Of a DNA stretch of 47,289 bases, positions 17,557 through 24,928 are shown in pieces; within the stretch, counting starts at the first letter, position 1; every line of letters starts with the position of its first letter. Location: positions 1 to 47,289 of the forward strand of contig JBGUVT010000042.1 in NCBI GenBank assembly GCA_045220485.1. The letters run 5' to 3'. Both the position numbers and the translations under genes were made by a program. Below the pieces are notes generated by a model that worked only from the letters and a program-made list of their open reading frames with translations, was not told where the DNA came from and did no database searches. Source of the stretch: Anaerovoracaceae bacterium. Lineage in GTDB: Bacteria; Bacillota; Clostridia; Peptostreptococcales; Anaerovoracaceae.

Positions 17557-17611
17557 AAAAAGTGACAATACTGACTAGTAAAAAAAAGTGACAATACTGA
17601 CTAGTAAAAAA
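17557..17611. repeat. tandem duplication: 20-nt core AGTGACAATACTGACTAGTA twice with 26-nt period, each flanked by A runs
   Basis: The core is at 17561-17580 and 17587-17606. It lies directly after the VanZ stop and before the terminator hairpin. Confidence 0.9.
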
Positions 17612-17616
17612 GATGA

Positions 17617-17645
17617 AAGCAGACCAGACATGTCTGCTTTTTCTT
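17617..17645 (+). terminator. rho-independent terminator
   Basis: AAGCAGAC (17617-17624) pairs with GTCTGCTT (17632-17639), followed by TTTTTCTT. Confidence 0.75.
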
Positions 17646-17778
17646 ATGCCTACGTTTTCCCATTTTCATTTTGTATTTTTAAGAAACATTCTTTCAAGAA
17701 CGTTTTTGTTGAAAGTCTATTTACAACTAAATGATAAATTGGAAGCAATAACCAGTTGACGATATAGAGGTGTCTGAC

Positions 17779-18636
17779 ATGAATAAAAACTCAAATAACG
17801 TAGCAGCGGCAGTTATAGCATTTTTAGGCATTATTACGGTACTTGTGGTATTCAAGGAAGATCTTGATATAGCAAAGAATAGTAGCCAACCGATATTTCT
17901 CATAATAGATCTTGTATATATAGCCGCATGTGGTGTGTCCGGATATGCTTTGCTGAACTCCAGAAATGATTTGTTGAATATAGGTTCATTTATTGCTGCA
18001 GGGGGAGCCGCATTAAAGGTTATAAAGATATTCAAATGGGTTAGCAGTAATTACAGTTACAATGGCGGAACATATGATGGCATGGGGTGGCATCTTTTAT
18101 ATCTGTTTGGAGAGATAGCAGGCACAGCCGCATTTATTATGTTTGGAATGCTGCTTACAAAGAAGTATGAGGAAAAACTAAAAGATAAAGAAAATGTGAT
18201 TATTGGGTTGCTGGCAACAAGTGGCATTATACAACTCGTATATCCGTTTCGGTTTTTCAACACATACACATATAACAGAGCGGATTTTTTTAAGGACTAT
18301 CTTACAGGGTATTCTAGTATCACCTCATTTGTATTCCTTATAGGAGCTTTCATTTTCATTCTGTATACGATGATGCAGTTAAAAGGGGTTCAGATGCAGG
18401 TAGCGCAAAATTCAGAAGCGGTTGTTTCTGTACCGATTCAGAACCCTTCAGGAGTAACTGTTGGTCAGGAAGGTCAAGCTTTCAACAATAGACAGTTGCA
18501 GACTGCAGAGTCGGCATACGAAGCGAATGAACAGAACAATCTGGAATTATTGAGAAAATATAAAGAACTGCTTGATGCAGAAATCATAACACAAGAAGAA
18601 TTTAACGAGCGAAAGCAGCAATTATTGAACTTATAG
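17779..18636 (+). CDS. multi-pass membrane protein with C-terminal SHOCT domain
   Basis: The track ORF starts at GTG 17770. ATG 17779 lies 8 nt after TAGAGG. About six TM helices are followed by a Gln/Ser-rich linker and LELLRKYKELLDAEIITQEEFNERKQQLL, the SHOCT short C-terminal domain pattern. Confidence 0.7.
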   Translation: MNKNSNNVAAAVIAFLGIITVLVVFKEDLDIAKNSSQPIFLIIDLVYIAACGVSGYALLNSRNDLLNIGSFIAAGGAALKVIKIFKWVSSNYSYNGGTYDGMGWHLLYLFGEIAGTAAFIMFGMLLTKKYEEKLKDKENVIIGLLATSGIIQLVYPFRFFNTYTYNRADFFKDYLTGYSSITSFVFLIGAFIFILYTMMQLKGVQMQVAQNSEAVVSVPIQNPSGVTVGQEGQAFNNRQLQTAESAYEANEQNNLELLRKYKELLDAEIITQEEFNERKQQLLNL

Positions 18637-18673
18637 AGAACGTTAAAGATTGGAAATGGATAAGGAGGAAATC

Positions 18674-19099
18674 ATGGATTCTTTTGAAAAACTTAAACAG
18701 ACTAAAGCATTGCTCGATCAGGGTGTTATTTCGGAAGAAGAGTATCAGAGGCTGAAAGAGAAGCTGATGCTTGAAATCGAACAAGGTCATAAAGCAGCAC
18801 CTAAGGAGCAGCCGGTAAATAACGCACAGCCTGCAGAAAGCCAGGGGACTGTTAACACAGCGCCACCTCAGGGATCTTATACTGTTCAGCCTGCAGTCAT
18901 TTCTCAGGAGGGAGCTTCAACAGGGATGAAGGTGCTGAGTTTCCTGATTCCTCTGGTAGGACTTATTTTATTCCTCGTTAATCAGAACACTAAGCCGGTT
19001 GAGGCAAAAGATGAATTAAAGTGGGCTGCTATAGGATTTGGAATAGGAGTACTGTGTTATGTATTGATGGTGGGCTGCGCAGCGTCATCATACTATTAA
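18674..19099 (+). CDS. N-terminal SHOCT domain protein with C-terminal two-helix membrane anchor
   Basis: The track ORF starts at TTG 18650. ATG 18674 has AAGGAGG 5 nt upstream. FEKLKQTKALLDQGVISEEEYQRLKEKLM is the SHOCT pattern. A Pro/Gln linker and the hydrophobic region VLSFLIPLVGLILFLV ... AAIGFGIGVLCYVLMVG follow. Confidence 0.7.
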   Translation: MDSFEKLKQTKALLDQGVISEEEYQRLKEKLMLEIEQGHKAAPKEQPVNNAQPAESQGTVNTAPPQGSYTVQPAVISQEGASTGMKVLSFLIPLVGLILFLVNQNTKPVEAKDELKWAAIGFGIGVLCYVLMVGCAASSYY

Positions 19100-19133
19100 G
19101 CTAATACAGGCAAATAATTAGGGAGGCTACCGG

Positions 19134-20558
19134 ATGGACGAGTATACTGCTCTTTTGCAATACAAAGAATTGCTTGATGAAGGAATAATAACTGAGGAGG
19201 AGTTTGAAAAGAAAAAGCGCGAGCTCCTGTTTGCTCAGGAAATTGCAGAAGAAGAACATAGAAAGAAAGTATATGCTGAGGCTAAAGCAAAGCTGAATAC
19301 AAAAACTTCTGAGTCGTATTCCGAAGCACTGAGCTTGTTTAAACAACTTGGCGACTGGGAGGACGCGGCAGATCAGGCGGCAGCCTGCAGCGATGAACTC
19401 AAGATAATTGAAGCGCAGGAGGCGGAAGAAAAAGAAAAGCTCGAAAAGTATAACAGGGCTTTGCTTAATATGATGAAAAATACCGTTCCTACGCATAAGT
19501 CAGCAATAGCAGATCTTGAGGCTATTGGTGACTGGAAAGATGCTGCTGCACACCTTGAAAGGGCGAAGAAGGAATGCGTGGAACTGGAGGCTCGTGCCGA
19601 GGAGGAAGCCAGGGAAGCTAAGGCCAAGGCTGAAGCTGAGGCTGCAAAGAAGAAACAAAGGAAAGATTTCTTTGCGAAAAAGTCAACAAAAGCCGGAATC
19701 GTTGGAATATGTGCCCTGATTGTTGCTGCCATAGTATTCTTCTCCTATGTACAGCCAAAGGTAATCAAGCCTATGCAGGATTATAACCATGCTGTTGAGC
19801 TTCTTGAAAAAGGCGATATTATAGAAGCGAAAAAAGCTTTTAAACAATTAGGTGATTATAAGGACGCTGTTCAGCAAATCGATAACTGCGAGGTGGCGCT
19901 TGGAGATAGGAATTTATCGAATGGGAAATATGAGGAAGCCCTTAAAATATATGAAAAATACAGAGATAATCCAAATGTAACAGAGGCAAAAATAACTAAG
20001 TGCAAACAGGGAATCTATGACAATGCTGTTCAGATGTTTAAAGCCGGCCAGTATAAGGGTGCCAGAGGTATATTCTTAAGTCTGGACGATTTCTCAGATT
20101 CCAAGGAATATGTAAAAAAATGTGATGAGGAGATTGAGAAAGAAAGAATAGCGGCCGAAAAAGCAGCAAAAGAAGCTGAAGAAAAAAAGGCTGCCGAAGA
20201 ACAGAAAAAACGAGAAGAATCACCAATAGTAGGTACATGGTATGCTAAAAAGATAATTAATTATTTAGGCAATGATATGACCGACGAAATGGATGATTTA
20301 AGCTACTACTACATTACTTTTAATAGTGATGGAACCGGAGTCTTTTCTGCAGGAAAGGAACGTGACAACCCTTCCTTTGGGGGAAAGAAAGATATCACAT
20401 GGAAAATAGAGGATACCGGAGTAGGGAATGGCTCAATTGGCACCTGGACACTGAATGGGGACACAGATGATATCTTCTTTTACGATGATCATATTCTTGT
20501 TTCAACAGAAAAAATGGATTCGATTTTCTATGATATGAACTTCTTCTGCTACAAATAG
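19134..20558 (+). CDS. N-terminal SHOCT domain protein with charged coiled coil, one TM helix and an extracytoplasmic region
   Basis: GGGAGG lies 7 nt upstream. LLQYKELLDEGIITEEEFEKKKRELL is the SHOCT pattern. Repeated GDWEDAA / GDWKDAA / GDYKDAV motifs, the TM helix AGIVGICALIVAAIVFF, a second Lys/Glu/Ala coiled coil and a ~110-aa beta-rich C-terminus follow. Confidence 0.7.
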   Translation: MDEYTALLQYKELLDEGIITEEEFEKKKRELLFAQEIAEEEHRKKVYAEAKAKLNTKTSESYSEALSLFKQLGDWEDAADQAAACSDELKIIEAQEAEEKEKLEKYNRALLNMMKNTVPTHKSAIADLEAIGDWKDAAAHLERAKKECVELEARAEEEAREAKAKAEAEAAKKKQRKDFFAKKSTKAGIVGICALIVAAIVFFSYVQPKVIKPMQDYNHAVELLEKGDIIEAKKAFKQLGDYKDAVQQIDNCEVALGDRNLSNGKYEEALKIYEKYRDNPNVTEAKITKCKQGIYDNAVQMFKAGQYKGARGIFLSLDDFSDSKEYVKKCDEEIEKERIAAEKAAKEAEEKKAAEEQKKREESPIVGTWYAKKIINYLGNDMTDEMDDLSYYYITFNSDGTGVFSAGKERDNPSFGGKKDITWKIEDTGVGNGSIGTWTLNGDTDDIFFYDDHILVSTEKMDSIFYDMNFFCYK

Positions 20559-20634
20559 GGTAACTTTTACTTTATTTGTGACCAGGAAAAAATGATACTT
20601 TTTACATTATTTGATTAAAAAGCTAATAAAAAAT

Positions 20635-20680
20635 ACCCAGGCTTCAGAGGTCAGTTCACGGGAGCCTGGGTATTAATTTG
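20635..20680. terminator. bidirectional intrinsic terminator between convergent genes
   Basis: ACCCAGGCT (20635-20643) pairs with AGCCTGGGT (20663-20671). An A run lies upstream and a T-rich tail downstream. It sits between the stop at 20558 (+) and the stop at 20695 (-). Confidence 0.75.
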
Positions 20681-20694
20681 GTATACTAACTATG

Positions 20695-21114
20695 TTATTT
20701 CATTGCATCCATTATTGTGTCTTTATTTACCTCAGTTTTTTCAAATCCGTAGATTTCAGCACCATTTATATTTCGAAGAGTAATTAACTTGTCTAAATCC
20801 TCCGTACTACCGGTATCAGTTGGGATATTTTCTGTCCCATCAAATGAGTATGTTCCATCAATAAAGATAGCAATTCCCATTACAGGGGATCCTGCTTGCC
20901 CAATAAAAGGTATCACTTCATATGTCTTAGAGTCAGTTTTAATAACCCATGGATCATCTGTAATATTAATATCCTTTTCGACACCATATATACCAGGAAT
21001 TTGCTTAGCACAATTTAGTATAAGCTTTTCATCATCACTCAAACTTGGCCCACAAGCCACCAGTAAAAGCAGCATCATACATAATGCGATTAGTATACGG
21101 CTCTTTCTTTTCAT
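20695..21114 (-). CDS. lipoprotein (signal peptide with lipobox LVAC)
   Basis: The track ORF runs to 21162. The internal ATG at 21114 has AGGAG 8 nt upstream and gives MKRKSRILIALCMMLLLLVAC-GPS, a classical lipoprotein signal. No family recognised for the mature part. It is the only clear minus-strand gene in the window. Confidence 0.75.
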   Translation of the reverse strand: MKRKSRILIALCMMLLLLVACGPSLSDDEKLILNCAKQIPGIYGVEKDINITDDPWVIKTDSKTYEVIPFIGQAGSPVMGIAIFIDGTYSFDGTENIPTDTGSTEDLDKLITLRNINGAEIYGFEKTEVNKDTIMDAMK

Positions 21115-21517
21115 TTTCGTTACTCCTATTCTTTCTTTATTAGTGAAGAGAAAAATTTTCATAATAGACTATTTTAAAAGTAACAACCTTTTCATGTTGT
21201 TATGGTATCAGCAGTTCTGTTTTTTTCTTTAAACAAAAACATGCTTTAACGTGTTCTGAATTGTATTTTTTCAAAATGTATACCTTTTAAACGCTTCCTT
21301 GGCTTTTGCAGTATACTAAATGAATTCAATCTTGTATTTATAAAGCACACCTCCACTTTTGTAATTGATATCGATACCCGAATTCTGTCTTTTTTCAATT
21401 CGCTTGTTTAATGATAGTTGCTCTTTTGGTACAATTGCATATGTAGCCCAATAGTGAAATAAGGGACTAAACAGGGACAGCTCTACAAGGGCTGTCTGAC
21501 TTATTCAGGTAAGAGCT

Positions 21518-24259
21518 GTGGCAGATTATATAAACGACAAAGACAAAGAAAATATTAATAATGACGAAAAAATAAACTTCACCTGGAAAGAGATTGACGA
21601 ACCTTTCAAAAGGAAATCCAGAGGAAGTTTATTTAACTTTATAAAACGCAAAACTGCTGAGTTTGCAAAGGTTTTCGAAAGCAAAAAGCCTGACGAATCT
21701 GTTCAGGTGTCAAAACCGAATAAGCCGGCGGCTCCTGTTGAAGTGGCTGAGCCTACAGAGCCTGACAAACCAACCGAACAAGTAAAGACTGAAGCTACTG
21801 AAGAGATGGCCAAAGACATCGAGGCCGCTCATGAGACAGAAGTTATAGAAACTGTCGAGCCAGAAACACCTGACGAGGAGGTTCAGGAGACCGAAGCTAT
21901 CGAACATGTCGAAACAGACGTATCTGAAGAAGAGGTGCAAGTGGTTGAGGCTGTTGAAACCTCTGAGCCAGATGAACCTGAAGAAACTGACCAGGATGCT
22001 GAACCTGAAAGGCCTGAAGATGATAGCCAGGAGGCTGAGTCTGCAGAACTTGAAGAATCTGATCAGGTAGCAGAGCCTATCGAGCCTGAAAATGATAACC
22101 AGGAGGTCGAGACCGCAGAACCTGAAGAAGCAAAGGCAGACGAATCCGAAGAAGCTGACAAGCCGACCAAGCCTGCTAAGCCTGCTAGAAAAGCTATACG
22201 TCTGACTAAGTGGCGCGTGCTTTTCGGCGTGCTTTGCTTCATCGCTTTAGCACTTCTGGGCACCTTCATATATGCCTACAATACAGTTCCGGACATCGAT
22301 CCAGATGCCAGCAACATATATTCAAATATCGATCTCAGCTCTATCATTTATGATTCAAAGGGAGAAGAGATCGACAAACTCTATTACACCGAAGACAGGG
22401 AGATAGTCTCAATAAAAGACATCCCGGAAAATACAAAGAATGCCTTTATCGCTATAGAGGACAAAACATTCTACAAGCATCACGGTCTTAACTACAAGAG
22501 ACTGTTTGGTGCGGTCCTCAGCAAGCTGACCGGACGCTCGGATGAGATCAGCGGTACATCCACCATCACGCAACAGCTGGCCAGAAACGTGTTCCTTTCG
22601 GATATAAAGAGTGAGAGGACACTGAGACGTAAGTTCCGCGAAATGATCTATGCCCTCAAGATCGAAAGGGTGTATTCAAAAGACGAGATCCTTGAAGCGT
22701 ATCTGAACACCATATATCTGGGGTATGGCTGCTATGGTATCAAAGCCGCGGCTTATACATATTTCGGAAAGGAAGTAAGTGAGCTGTCTCTCGAGGAAAG
22801 CGCTGCCCTTGCAGCATTGCCTCAGGCTCCTGACAGTTACGCCCTCCTGAAAGACGAAAAGGGTGAGGATACGACTTATATGAAAAAGTATAAGTTGTAT
22901 GCGAATAATCTTGCCACTGAACGTCGCGATCTTGTGCTCGACCTGATGGCGGAGCAGGGCTACATCGACTCCGCGCAGGCAGAGAAGGCGAAAAAGAAGA
23001 TGAAGGACATTCTTCATCCGCATATAGAGAAAAAGCCTAGAGAGCTGACGTACTTCACGGACTTCCTTACAAAGGAGGTAGCGAAGGATCTCGCGGATCA
23101 GTATTCCATGACTGAGGAGAAGGCAGAAATACTCATACATACCGGCGGACTCCGCATTTATTCAACGATCGATCAGGATATACAACATGCAATCGATACC
23201 GAATTCAGCGACGACTGGAACTTCCCATACTCTGCTGAAGATCCTCAGGCGGCAATGGTAGTGACTGAAGTCGGCACGGGAAAGATCCGCGCGATGGCAG
23301 GGGGACGAAACACCTCCGGTCAGATGCTGTTCAACAGGGCAACATCGCCGCGTCAGCCGGGATCCTCGATCAAACCGCTGGCTGTATACTCTGCTGCTCT
23401 CCAGAAAAGTGAAGATTATGCCAAGCACATGCAGACGTTCCCATTTGTTGACTACGAAATAGATAGGCAGGGCACAAGTCGCTGGGGAGACTATATCACT
23501 GCCGGATCGGTAGTGGTCGATGAGAGACTGAAGATAAACGGCGAAATATGGCCGCTGAATTTCTCAAGACGTTTCTCCGGATACAGGACTTTCAGGACAG
23601 CTCTTCAGCAGTCAATCAACACCTGTGCTGTGAAAATCCAGTTGCAGGTCGGACCGGATTACTCGATGGAGATGCTCAGAAAGTACGGAATATCGACTGT
23701 AGCCGATGACGCTTCTGTACCGACTAATGACTTAAACCCGGCAGCTCTGGCACTGGGAGCTATGACATACGGAACTACGCCGCTTGACATGGCACTTGCA
23801 TATGGAGCATTCCCTAACAGAGGAATAAGAGACTCCGCTGTCGCATACACCAAGGTGACTAACGCAAAGGGAAAGACGCTCCTTGAGAAAAAGACAGAAG
23901 AGACCAAAGTGCTCGATGAGAACGTAGCGTTCATAATGAGAGACTGCCTTGAATCAGTAGTGTCGAGGGGAATAGGCCGTAACGCATCGATCTACGGCGT
24001 GCAGGTAGGAGGTAAGACGGGAACCACGAATGATAACTACGATTACTGGTTCGTTGGATTTACACCGAAATACTCCGCTGCGCTCTGGATAGGAACAGAC
24101 CATAATACAGTAATGAGTGGATCATCAGGAACGGCAGCTCTTCTGTGGAGCAGGATAATGAGGCAGATTCCGGATATAACAGAGGGCGAGTATCCGCCGC
24201 AGCCGGATGATGTCGTTTGGACACGTGGCGAGTACTATACCGAAAAGACTCAGCCATAG
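21518..24259 (+). CDS. class A penicillin-binding protein (bifunctional glycosyltransferase/transpeptidase) with a long acidic N-terminal extension
   Basis: GTG start at 21518 is the first canonical start after the in-frame TGA at 21497. GT51 motifs: EDKTFYKHHGLN, GTSTITQQLARN, RKFREM. Transpeptidase motifs: SSIK (SxxK), SIN (SxN), KTGTT. The TM anchor WRVLFGVLCFIALALLGTFIYAY begins only at about residue 233. Confidence 0.9.
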   Translation: MADYINDKDKENINNDEKINFTWKEIDEPFKRKSRGSLFNFIKRKTAEFAKVFESKKPDESVQVSKPNKPAAPVEVAEPTEPDKPTEQVKTEATEEMAKDIEAAHETEVIETVEPETPDEEVQETEAIEHVETDVSEEEVQVVEAVETSEPDEPEETDQDAEPERPEDDSQEAESAELEESDQVAEPIEPENDNQEVETAEPEEAKADESEEADKPTKPAKPARKAIRLTKWRVLFGVLCFIALALLGTFIYAYNTVPDIDPDASNIYSNIDLSSIIYDSKGEEIDKLYYTEDREIVSIKDIPENTKNAFIAIEDKTFYKHHGLNYKRLFGAVLSKLTGRSDEISGTSTITQQLARNVFLSDIKSERTLRRKFREMIYALKIERVYSKDEILEAYLNTIYLGYGCYGIKAAAYTYFGKEVSELSLEESAALAALPQAPDSYALLKDEKGEDTTYMKKYKLYANNLATERRDLVLDLMAEQGYIDSAQAEKAKKKMKDILHPHIEKKPRELTYFTDFLTKEVAKDLADQYSMTEEKAEILIHTGGLRIYSTIDQDIQHAIDTEFSDDWNFPYSAEDPQAAMVVTEVGTGKIRAMAGGRNTSGQMLFNRATSPRQPGSSIKPLAVYSAALQKSEDYAKHMQTFPFVDYEIDRQGTSRWGDYITAGSVVVDERLKINGEIWPLNFSRRFSGYRTFRTALQQSINTCAVKIQLQVGPDYSMEMLRKYGISTVADDASVPTNDLNPAALALGAMTYGTTPLDMALAYGAFPNRGIRDSAVAYTKVTNAKGKTLLEKKTEETKVLDENVAFIMRDCLESVVSRGIGRNASIYGVQVGGKTGTTNDNYDYWFVGFTPKYSAALWIGTDHNTVMSGSSGTAALLWSRIMRQIPDITEGEYPPQPDDVVWTRGEYYTEKTQP

Positions 24260-24297
24260 AGAGGCGAACAACTCCGAGTATCCTTATGCTGTGGAGT

Positions 24298-24418
24298 TAT
24301 GGATAACCAGCCGTAATCAGGGCTATGGATAAGGACATTGACAGTGAAAGCACTGCCCACATCCTTACCCACAGCCCTGTTTTTACTCTCTGAATAGCTT
24401 AGGGGCCGGTTATCCACA
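24298..24418. promoter_or_regulatory. cluster of DnaA-box-like 9-mers
   Basis: There is a perfect TTATCCACA at 24410-24418 and TTACCCACA at 24365-24373. TATGGATAA (reverse complement TTATCCATA) occurs at 24298-24306 and 24324-24332. That is one perfect and three one-mismatch boxes within 121 bp, two on each strand. Confidence 0.55.
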
Positions 24419-24863
24419 GCCTCCACAGCAACTGCTGCTATTCTCACCCCACTCCAATCTAAAGATTCTTTTGTCTAGGAGGAGTTTTTTCAAAAATGAT
24501 AAAAAAACAGCTCTGAAAATCTGTATATTTATCAATTTCATCAGCAGATTGTGCCAGATAGCAGAAAGAGAAGTGATCTGCTTTACAATAACTCAGATTA
24601 AAGGGGGTTATTGTAAACAAGATGAAAGACGATTAGCTTTTGGAGGAAGGTGAGGGTTCTGTTTTGATAAACATATAGTTTTAGGAGACTGAATTTTTAT
24701 CAAAATTTAAAAAAGTCCTTTTCAAGGATATAGGACGGGCAACAAGGCAAGATAAGCCACATGTTTTTTAACCAAAGCGGGTAAATAGGCAATAGTTTCG
24801 TAGCATAAGTTTATCGGCACGTTTTTGTTGAAAGAATAATATAGGTGTAATGGTATATTTAAA

Positions 24864-24896
24864 GCGGATAGCTAACAGCTTATCCGCATTTTTTGA
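24864..24896 (+). terminator. terminator-like hairpin plus T run, 32 nt upstream of the next start codon
   Basis: GCGGATAGCT (24864-24873) pairs with AGCTTATCCGC (24877-24887) with one bulge, followed by ATTTTTTG. It lies at the end of a 670-bp ORF-poor region. Confidence 0.55.
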
Positions 24897-24928
24897 TATT
24901 ATTAATGTAGCCGGAAGGTTGGTTCAGA

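Noticed and set aside
17557-17611. CRISPR array or other multi-copy repeat array (also considered for 29522-29545)
   Set aside because: There are only two repeat copies in each case, with no spacers of regular length and no cas genes in the window.
20789-21232. 147-aa plus-strand ORF
   Set aside because: It is antisense to the lipoprotein gene, which has a textbook RBS, signal peptide and lipobox. The ORF has no start context.
24250-24653. Track ORFs 24250-24447 (-) and 24471-24653 (+) in the large intergenic region
   Set aside because: There are no convincing start contexts and no recognisable domains. The first coincides with the DnaA-box cluster and overlaps the PBP stop, so the region is treated as non-coding.
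24298-24928. Chromosomal replication origin (DnaA boxes followed by AT-rich DNA)
   Set aside because: There is no dnaA, dnaN or other origin-proximal gene nearby. Gene orientation does not switch here: the genes on both sides are on the + strand. It is kept only as a non-origin DnaA-box cluster.
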